Shown in pieces: positions 1 through 8,100 of a stretch of 60,157 bases of DNA. The translations under genes were made by a program, and so were the position numbers. Source of the stretch: Nanobdellota archaeon (GTDB lineage: Archaea > Nanobdellota > Nanobdellia > Woesearchaeales > SKGA01); NCBI GenBank assembly GCA_051819805.1, contig JBNJHD010000001.1:74962-135118 (forward strand). Reading direction: 5' to 3'. Each line of letters opens with the position of its first letter. Positions within the stretch are counted from its first letter, which is position 1. The notes beneath the pieces are model-generated. The model ran no database searches. It was not told the origin of the DNA and saw only the letters and a program-made list of their open reading frames with translations.

Positions 1-54
1 CTGGCCGTCAAATCAGTTGATGTGATCATTGATGCAATCCGCAACAAGATGTGA
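1..54 (+). CDS. 3' end of an upstream ORF (partial, function unknown)
   Basis: Frame is open from the window edge (...LAVKSVDVIIDAIRNKM) to TGA at 52-54. Confidence 0.3.
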   Translation: MAVKSVDVIIDAIRNKM

Positions 55-71
55 GTCAATAACTACGTATA

Positions 72-620
72 GTGTATGGATCTGAAATGACATTGAACCT
101 TATGAAAAAAATCGGGGACGCTGGCGTGGTAGTTGTTGTTGTTCCCAACGAAAAATACACTGAATACATCAAAGAGATAGCTAACGAGTTAGCCAAGGGC
201 AGCAAAGCAGTATGCTATGTGAGTCTGAATAAGCTGTATGCTTCTCTGAATAGGTTGTTTGATGCGAAATTGAAGAACAAGTTTTTTGTCATTGACGGTA
301 TTACAAAGTCAGCCATGCCTGACGCGCCATCTGCAGATAACTGTGTGTATGTCTCTTCAGCTTCAGCACTTACAGAACTCAGTCTGAGTATGAACCAAGT
401 CCTTAATACTGGTCAGTTCGATTCATTGCTTTTCGATTCACTGTCAACACTCCTCATCTACAACAAAGGGGATGTTGTCACTCAATTCGTTCATGATCAG
501 ATGGGAAAAGTAGTGACTCTAGGTGGAAATGCTGTTTTTACCTGTCTTGAAGGAGATACCAAATCATCAATGATCAAGGACTTAGGAATGTTCGTTGATA
601 AGGTCATTCATCTGAAATGA
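72..620 (+). CDS. RecA/KaiC-fold protein lacking a Walker A P-loop (putative pseudo-ATPase)
   Basis: 182-aa ORF. Hydrophobic strand VVVVVVPNEKY sits where a P-loop would be. Walker-B-like LLFDSLSTLL present. Start uncertain (GTG 72, ATG 87 or 102). Confidence 0.5.
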   Translation: MYGSEMTLNLMKKIGDAGVVVVVVPNEKYTEYIKEIANELAKGSKAVCYVSLNKLYASLNRLFDAKLKNKFFVIDGITKSAMPDAPSADNCVYVSSASALTELSLSMNQVLNTGQFDSLLFDSLSTLLIYNKGDVVTQFVHDQMGKVVTLGGNAVFTCLEGDTKSSMIKDLGMFVDKVIHLK

Positions 621-704
621 TCAGTATATATACGTGCAGCAAAACATTTTTGCTGAGTGCTCTGGAATGCTCTTATATTCCAGTGAAAAAGAGGGTGTGG
701 CTAT

Positions 705-1694
705 ATGAAATTATTCAAGAAGTTCAAGAAATCAAAACAAGATACTTCTAAAGATGCTGATGCTCCATCACAACATTCATCCCACCGATCAAAAAAAGAT
801 GTTTTCAAGAAACTGTCTGTTTCAGAACTCCAAACTCTCTTTGAAACTCTTGATGATCATTTGGGCAATCTACCTGATAAGAACGTGCAGGAATTCTCGC
901 AATCAAAAGCATATGCAATCTACAAGGAAATTCTTGAAGAGTTGCTCCCAGAACGAGCAAAAGATGCAGCAGAATATGCTCAAGAACATCCTGGTCCTGA
1001 CATGGCAGCTGTCAAAGAGCAAGTATCTCAATCTCAAGAAGAACACTCTCAAGACGACACTTCGGAAGATGAGGATAATGATGAGGGTTTGACACCTGAG
1101 CAGATGACCAAGAAGGCAGTTGATGATTTCTTTGCTCTCAAGAAAATGAGAAATGAGAACTTAGGTCGAAGGACTGATGAGAATGATTCTTCTGAAAGTG
1201 AAGGATCAACATCAGAGGATGAGAATGATGAGCATGCATCAGATGACACTGAACAGACAGATAGTGAGGTTGACTCTGGATCTGAAGACGATGTTTCTGT
1301 TGATGATGAAACTGAAGATACTCTTACACCTGCTCGAAAGAGATCCGGGCGAACATCGAAGAAAAAGACTGCTGGTCGCGACTCCCGGACAAAAACTTCC
1401 CGTAAGACTCAATCCTCCGCAAAGCGGAAAAAAGATTCTGGTCAGTCGCCAAAGAAAAAGATTGCAGCTAAACAGAAAAAATCAGAAGGCCCCTCTAAGA
1501 ATAAGTCTAGCAAAGCGACCACACCAAAGAAAACTGTTTCGAAGAAAAAAACAACCTCGAAAAAGCAACAATCTCAAGAGTCATCAGATACTCAAAATAA
1601 GTCAGACGATTCTTCATCATCAGATTCAGGTCCAGGAATTGATATGGCAGCTCTCAAATCACAGATTGAAGCAAAACTCAATGGAGGCAATTGA
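705..1694 (+). CDS. Low-complexity protein: helical N-terminus, D/E/S-rich centre, K/S/T-rich basic tail
   Basis: 329-aa ORF. Alternative-frame ORFs 754-1092 and 1177-1746 are composition artefacts. Its stop overlaps the next gene's start region. Confidence 0.6.
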   Translation: MKLFKKFKKSKQDTSKDADAPSQHSSHRSKKDVFKKLSVSELQTLFETLDDHLGNLPDKNVQEFSQSKAYAIYKEILEELLPERAKDAAEYAQEHPGPDMAAVKEQVSQSQEEHSQDDTSEDEDNDEGLTPEQMTKKAVDDFFALKKMRNENLGRRTDENDSSESEGSTSEDENDEHASDDTEQTDSEVDSGSEDDVSVDDETEDTLTPARKRSGRTSKKKTAGRDSRTKTSRKTQSSAKRKKDSGQSPKKKIAAKQKKSEGPSKNKSSKATTPKKTVSKKKTTSKKQQSQESSDTQNKSDDSSSSDSGPGIDMAALKSQIEAKLNGGN

Positions 1695-1702
1695 TAAAAA
1701 AA

Positions 1703-2536
1703 ATGGGACTCCTTTCAAGAGCAACCGCTTTTCTTCACAGTCCTGAAGAGAAGACAGAGGGTCATGATGATCGTCAGGATAAATTCTCTGTAACCTCAAA
1801 GAATGCACGGCAATATGTCAAAACAGGAATAGGGGGTTTTGACAAGCTTATAGAGAAAGGAATTCCTCGAGGGTCAGCATCACTCATATGTGGAGGTCCG
1901 GGTTCTGGTAAAACCATATTCTGTCTTCAAGCAGCTATACGCGCAGCTGAAGCAGGAGAAACATGCCTGTTCATGAGTTTTGAAGAACGTCTAGATCGTT
2001 TACGAGAGCACATGCGTGATTTCGGTTGGAATCCTGAAAAACTGGAAGCACAAGGGAAACTTATTCTCAAGCGTTACGATCCTTACGAGCTCACAAGATC
2101 GGTAGAGGCGATGATGGAAAAAGCGAAAGGAGAACTCATGATAGATATTTCTCCAGTCATCTTCCCCGATGGCGTCAACCCTGACAAAGTCATTGTTGAC
2201 TCACTCTCATCAGTAGCAGCAGCGTTCTCCCAACGAGAAGATGCTTACAGAACTTATATTGAACAGTTATTCAAACTCTTTGAACAAATGAACGTAACTT
2301 CTTTTTTCATCTCAGAGCTTGTTGAAACTCGCTTAGAGCAAGGAGGTAGTGCTGTTGAGCAGTTCTTGGCGGATAATGTCATTATCATCTATAATATAAA
2401 AAAACAAAACATTCGTGAAAGTGCAATTGAGATTCTGAAGATGCGAGGAACAAAGTTCCAGAAAAAGATTGTCGCTATGCAAATAGTCAATGGTGCAGGG
2501 ATGGTCGTCTATCCAGAACAGAGAGTGTATGGCTAG
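1703..2536 (+). CDS. KaiC/RadA-like single-domain ATPase
   Basis: Motifs GIPRGSASLICGGPGSGKTIFCLQ (Walker A), LFMSFEE, and a hydrophobic strand ending in D. Alternative TTG start at 1691. Confidence 0.8.
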   Translation: MGLLSRATAFLHSPEEKTEGHDDRQDKFSVTSKNARQYVKTGIGGFDKLIEKGIPRGSASLICGGPGSGKTIFCLQAAIRAAEAGETCLFMSFEERLDRLREHMRDFGWNPEKLEAQGKLILKRYDPYELTRSVEAMMEKAKGELMIDISPVIFPDGVNPDKVIVDSLSSVAAAFSQREDAYRTYIEQLFKLFEQMNVTSFFISELVETRLEQGGSAVEQFLADNVIIIYNIKKQNIRESAIEILKMRGTKFQKKIVAMQIVNGAGMVVYPEQRVYG

Positions 2537-2564
2537 AAATAAAGAATTGTGACTATTTTTTTTG

Positions 2565-3401
2565 TTATGGTTTTCTAAAAATACGGGAATCAACATCTAC
2601 TTTCTCGAACCAATCTTGGCTAGGTCCTTGAAGGAATTCTGTGGCGCCAAGAACAAGAAATCCTTCTTTTTTCAATGTCTTATAGAATCTCTGATACAAT
2701 CCTACTTTGGCGGTGGTGCTGAAGTAGATGACAGTATTCCTGCAGAGAATCAGATCCATATTATCTGGCATGATGTCAGTTAGAACATTCGATACCTTAT
2801 ACTTGATAAGAGAAAGAATGTCAGGTTTGACCTTGAGAAGTTCTTCAGAAGTCTTATCAAAGTATTTATCGATGAATTCAACACCCATCTCCTTGAATTG
2901 TTTAGGATAATATTCTCCTTTCTTCGCTTGGATAATGATGGAGGCAGCCATGTCGCTAGCAAGAATCTCGACATCGTACTTTTTGATGTTCCTGCCCAAA
3001 AGATCACTCAATAGGATAGCTACAGATATAGGTTCTTCACCACTAGAACAACCACAACTCCATATTCGGATCTTATTATCATGACCTTTTTTCGATGAGA
3101 TGATTTGAGGAAGTATTTCGTCCTGTAATTCTTCCCATACACGGCGATCCCTGAAAAAATGAGTGACGTGGATAGTGAGCTGTTTCAAGAGTCTTTCCCT
3201 TTCTAGAGGTTCGTGCTTGAGAATGTGCATGTATTCGGTGTATGATTCTACTCCATTACTCTTGAGCTGAATGAGCGTCCTGCGACGGATGAACGAATCA
3301 GAATAATTATCGCAATTAAAGTCAAGAGTCTCATGAATAAGTTTCTTGAGCTTGTCAAAATTTTCAGGATCTCTAATCTCAACCATTCTTTTTTGACTCA
3401 A
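2565..3401 (-). CDS. cheR: Chemotaxis protein methyltransferase CheR
   Basis: FFRD motif and SAM-binding IWSCGCSSGEEPISVAILL. Length 278 aa. Confidence 0.85.
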   Translation of the reverse strand: MSQKRMVEIRDPENFDKLKKLIHETLDFNCDNYSDSFIRRRTLIQLKSNGVESYTEYMHILKHEPLERERLLKQLTIHVTHFFRDRRVWEELQDEILPQIISSKKGHDNKIRIWSCGCSSGEEPISVAILLSDLLGRNIKKYDVEILASDMAASIIIQAKKGEYYPKQFKEMGVEFIDKYFDKTSEELLKVKPDILSLIKYKVSNVLTDIMPDNMDLILCRNTVIYFSTTAKVGLYQRFYKTLKKEGFLVLGATEFLQGPSQDWFEKVDVDSRIFRKP

Positions 3402-4243
3402 ATCGAATGATGACCTTCAATTGTCTTGATATCAAGGATTCCAGTATCCGCATGCAAGGTCACTGTCCGACCGACAGTTTTACCAATATCTTCAGCAGAA
3501 ACTCGTATTCCTTCTTTAAGGAGCGCTCTTTTTACTGCGATGGCATTATACTCTCCCACCCGCATAACATCATTATCCTTCAATGATTTGAACATATGAG
3601 AACCACCTGCAATCTTAGCGATGATCTTATCTTTTGCAGCACCAAGCGTGCACATTCTTGTCACAAGAACAGGAACTGCAATATCTGCATATTTAAGATA
3701 TTTGGGGTTGATGACGTAATGAAGAATATTCTCTATCTTGCTTGCAGTCAGTGGTGTCGTGATGACTTCAGCACTCCCTTCTTTAAAATAATCGTATAGT
3801 TTTCCCGACGAATGACCTGTTCTCGTGATGATGACTATTTTCAGTTCTTTATTGATAGTTGTAAGATGTGCGATAGTCTCATCGATGGATGGTGAGAATG
3901 ATTCCTCCATGAACAAGATGTTTGCTTCAGGGTTTCGCTTGACGAGTTCTTCAAGTTCATGACTTCCGAATGCTTCACCGATAATCGTAACGCTTTGTTT
4001 TCGAAGAGAATGACGAAGCGTGTTTTTTGTATCCGAATCTTTCACTCCAAGAATAGGTTTTGGAGCAATGTACTCGATCTTACTATCGCTACTATTAGGT
4101 AGCATGACATGAGCGAGACCTGCAATCCTTCTCGTTGAATCATATAATGCAATGCCGATACATGATCCTAAGCCTAGAGAAATAAGTTCGTCAGTACCAT
4201 GACCTATGTTAAGGTCTCCCATATTAACAATGAACGATCCCAT
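3398..4243 (-). CDS. cheD: CheD chemoreceptor glutamine deamidase with a ~125-aa internal receiver-like insertion
   Basis: N-half LGLGSCIGIALYD..IAGLAHVMLP and C-half KYADIAV..KIAGGSHMF..AEDIGKTVGRTV match the CheD halves. ATG at 4243 sits 10 nt after the cheC stop; the ORF extends to 4354. Confidence 0.8.
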   Translation of the reverse strand: MGSFIVNMGDLNIGHGTDELISLGLGSCIGIALYDSTRRIAGLAHVMLPNSSDSKIEYIAPKPILGVKDSDTKNTLRHSLRKQSVTIIGEAFGSHELEELVKRNPEANILFMEESFSPSIDETIAHLTTINKELKIVIITRTGHSSGKLYDYFKEGSAEVITTPLTASKIENILHYVINPKYLKYADIAVPVLVTRMCTLGAAKDKIIAKIAGGSHMFKSLKDNDVMRVGEYNAIAVKRALLKEGIRVSAEDIGKTVGRTVTLHADTGILDIKTIEGHHSI

Positions 4244-4253
4244 CACTATCCCT

Positions 4254-4886
4254 TCACATACCGAACTTACTCTGAAGGATCTCAAGCATTTTCTCAAGAG
4301 AAGGCTTGTCAAAGACGACAAAGAAATCTCCGTTGATATGATGACCTTCAACATTTATTTTTGTCTTGACACAAAACAATTGTTGTGCATAATTACTTAT
4401 TTTTGCCAGAATGAAATCGAGAAGAGATTGGGCCATATCAGTTGCAGTGTGAGGGACAGAAGGCAATGTCTGGACATCAAGCATATTGCTTAAAGCACTA
4501 AGAAAAGCTCCTGTAAGGATGTTTGAGAGCTCGGTAAAAGCTGATTGAGACATTTCGGTGAATTCAGTGGTTGTTCCTGATTCTCTTCCCATCATGATAT
4601 CAATGAGTTCGAAAGCGCCTTCTTTCGAGAAGACGAACATCGCATCCCCTGTAAGTTCACCTTTGATCTCAAGATAGATGGATGTGACAATCTTTTCAGG
4701 ACCACCGAATTCTTCCGTGAATCGGGTTACATCAACGAATTTGCTTTCAGGAATGTTCATATCAATATTCTTGTTTATGAACTTAGAAAGAGCAGTTATC
4801 GCATTACCTGTTCCTATATTACCCATTTCCCTAAGAGCGTCGAGCTGGGGTTCTGAAAGATTGAGCGCATCATCCACTGCTATCAT
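4254..4886 (-). CDS. cheC: CheC-family CheY-P phosphatase
   Basis: Two E-x2-N motifs (LREMGNIGTGNAITAL and FTELSNILTGAFLSAL). ATG 4886 preferred; ORF opens at GTG 4931. Confidence 0.8.
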   Translation of the reverse strand: MIAVDDALNLSEPQLDALREMGNIGTGNAITALSKFINKNIDMNIPESKFVDVTRFTEEFGGPEKIVTSIYLEIKGELTGDAMFVFSKEGAFELIDIMMGRESGTTTEFTEMSQSAFTELSNILTGAFLSALSNMLDVQTLPSVPHTATDMAQSLLDFILAKISNYAQQLFCVKTKINVEGHHINGDFFVVFDKPSLEKMLEILQSKFGM

Positions 4887-5180
4887 CCTCACACACAAAA
4901 CATTATTATTACTATCTAACTTGAACCTCACTACTGCTTTAAAAAGATGTTGATTTTGTTCTCTGATAGAACGGATATTTGGGCGTTTTGAGTGCCGAGT
5001 GCTAACAAAACCTTTAATAGCATACTACTACTTGATGAAGATGTGAGGGAGTTGTTGTCTCAAGTCTGATCTGGAGTGAACTATGAGGTAGTATGGGTTT
5101 TGTGTGGATCGATATTCTACACTTACACGCAGTGATATTGAGGCAAGTATGGATGTGGCTCTCATGCAAAGGGCAGGGGC

Positions 5181-8100
5181 ATGATGTCAACGAGCGAGAA
5201 ACAGGGACTGCGATACATGAAGCGACGCTACGTTTCGTTATTGCTGCTTTTGACTATATTAGTTCTGACACTCCCTGCGGCTTCTGCAACGTCAATCACA
5301 GAAGTCCCTCATGACGGTTTTCTTACTGGCTCAGGAAGTATGGTCAGCGAGTACTATGATACATGGTATTATGATGAACAATATTACGGTGTCCAGACAT
5401 CACGAAGTCCTGCGATGGGTAACATGAGCTTGTCCTATAATCTCAGTCATATTACAAGCAATTCTGCAAATATTATTTCTGAACTCAATGGCACATTGGT
5501 ATACTGTCATACGCGAAATCCAAGGGATGGCTGTACTGGCATAGCTCCTTATTCTACTTCTGATACCATGAATATCTATTTGCAGAAAGGAGAAGGAAGA
5601 AGTATGGAATGGGATGATGTCGGCAATATACCATTCACTGATAGGGGTAATGAGAATACTGTGATGTGGGAGACTCCATCTGGCGTTGCTATCACTGACT
5701 ATATCGATACAAACGGGATACTCACTGTGCGTTATGAATATATTTTTGATACTGATCCTTCGACTTTTCTCAACGATTACTCGCCTATAGAAGTAGAGTA
5801 TTTTACCGACCGTGAAGATCCCCAAAGTGTTCTCATCACTCCAACAGATCAGAGTTTTGTAACGAGTCCTGAAGTCAACCTCACATGCAATGCGAGTGAT
5901 GATGCGCAACTATCGAATGTCGCACTCTACCATGATGCTTCTGGAACGTTCCATGCCAATGAGACAAGGATCATTTCCGGAACAAAACACCAAAGTATAT
6001 TCACTCTATCGACTCTTTCTGAAGGTATCTTCCATTGGAACTGTTTTGTCACTGATATGATTGGTAAATACTCGTTTGCACCGTCAAACTATACTTTCAC
6101 TATCGATAGGACTCTTCCGAGTCTGGCAGTGGTTTCTCCACAAGAAAGCTCTCAATCATTGCTTGAATCTGTCGATCTTGAAGTCACGACAAGTGATGCG
6201 AATGGAATAAAGAATGTGACTGCAACAATAAAACGCCCTAATGGCATGATTGAGAAAATACAACTTTCTCATGATACAAGGGATACCTATATTGCAACGT
6301 ATTCAGCAACAGGGGATGTCGGACAATATAACGTCACGTTCAACTCAACTGATGAAGCGGGAAACTCCCGCCTTAATCAAACGAACTTCACGATAGTGGA
6401 TGATGTCGCTCCGGAAGTTACTATCAACTCGCCTCTTGATGAGTCAATGCATCCGAACGGAACCAGCATACTCATAGAGATCAATGCAACGGATCTGCCT
6501 GTGGGAACTGTTGACACGGTACATGTCACTATCAGAAACAGCACGGGCAATGTGTTTTTCGATCAGGATCTCAATGAGAGCGCTACGCCGCATATATATA
6601 ATACGACATTCAACAACACCACTATAGTCGACGAGTACCTGCTCACTGTCACTGCGAATGATACATATGGGAATATCAACAACACGGTCAATTCAACCTT
6701 CACGATCGCAGAAGCGAACAGTTCGATCGTATCCCTCGATTCTCCCGAAACGAATTACTATACTAATGAGGCCATAGTGGATCTCACCTGTTCAGCACAG
6801 GATGCTCAAGGGGTAACGAATCTTTCTCTCTATCATAATGCTACAGGGCTTTTCAGGAAAGAACAATCGGTTCCTGAAAGCGGTTCTCCAGTATCAGAAA
6901 CATTCACTGTTAACTTCGGAGATCCCGGTGTGTATGTGTGGAATTGTAACGCGACAAACCAACTTGGCCTGAGCAGTTTCTCCCCTTATAACCGGACGTT
7001 GACTATCGATACGATTCGTCCGGATATTGGAAACTTATCTTTTTCACCTGGTGATGATATCAATACGACTGATGAGATCAATTTCAGCGTGAATGCCGTA
7101 GACGAAACTATGCTGGATTCAGTTATTGCAGAAATAACACTTCTGGATGCAAATGCAAGTACGACAACTATCACTTTGAGTGATGATGATTCCGATGATA
7201 AGTTTGAAGCGAGCTTTGCAGATACGACACTTGATGGAGATTATATGCTTACAATAACTGCAACTGATATGGCAGGAAATACGAACTTGACCACGAAAAT
7301 ATTCACTGTGCATGATGTCCAAGCACCTCAAGTAGAACTGATTTCTCCATTAGAGAATGTGACTCACACATACAACACCACACTGGTTCTAGAAGCATCA
7401 GTGACAGATAATGTCGATGTCGACAATGTATTTGCTAATATCACTCTCTCGAATCAATCAACAAGGATAATAGAACTCTTCGATAGCAATGGAGATGATC
7501 TATTCAATACATCATTTGATGAAATGGTGTTGCTTGGCAACTATTCAATACAACTCTTTGTTAATGATACCAGCAATAACACTAACCAAACTGATCCTGT
7601 CATCATAACAGTTATTGATGATGTCAAACCAGAAATAACAATATATCAACCCGAGAACAACTATACTACTGCACAGAATACTACAGTTATCAATTTCACT
7701 GCAAATGATAATTACGCATCTAACATCAGTTGTCAACTATTTTTCAATGCTACTCTGGAAGAGAGTAATGCTACAGTCAGAGTTGGGGATTCTACGCAAC
7801 TGGAAATAACAACTTATTTTCAGGGAACGAATAACTGGTTTCTTACCTGCACTGATCACTACAACAACACGCAAGTAACCTCCTTGCAGAACATAACAAA
7901 AGACAATAAAGCACCAAAAATATTTCCTCTTCACTTCGTCCCTGAAGATGATGATGTCATTGATCCGAACAAGACACTCAATCTCAGCGTTAAAGTGACT
8001 GATTCTTTCACATCACCGGATGAAGTCATCATCAGATATAAACACGAGAGTTCGGCTAACTTCACGTATAATATAACAACAATCTATGATGATGTCTCGC

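Noticed and set aside
22-39. 18-nt near-repeat GTGATCATTGATGCAATC (22-39) versus GTGATTATTGATGCAATC (20474-20491)
   Set aside because: A 17/18 match between two sites in 60 kb on two strands is expected about once by chance on a rough estimate. One copy is in coding sequence and the other spans a stop codon, with no shared context.
5400-5909. 169-aa minus-strand ORF and other antisense ORFs (6986-7934, 8402-9217) inside the giant surface-protein gene
   Set aside because: They are shadow ORFs opposite a long continuous plus-strand frame with repeated domain structure. They have no start signals.
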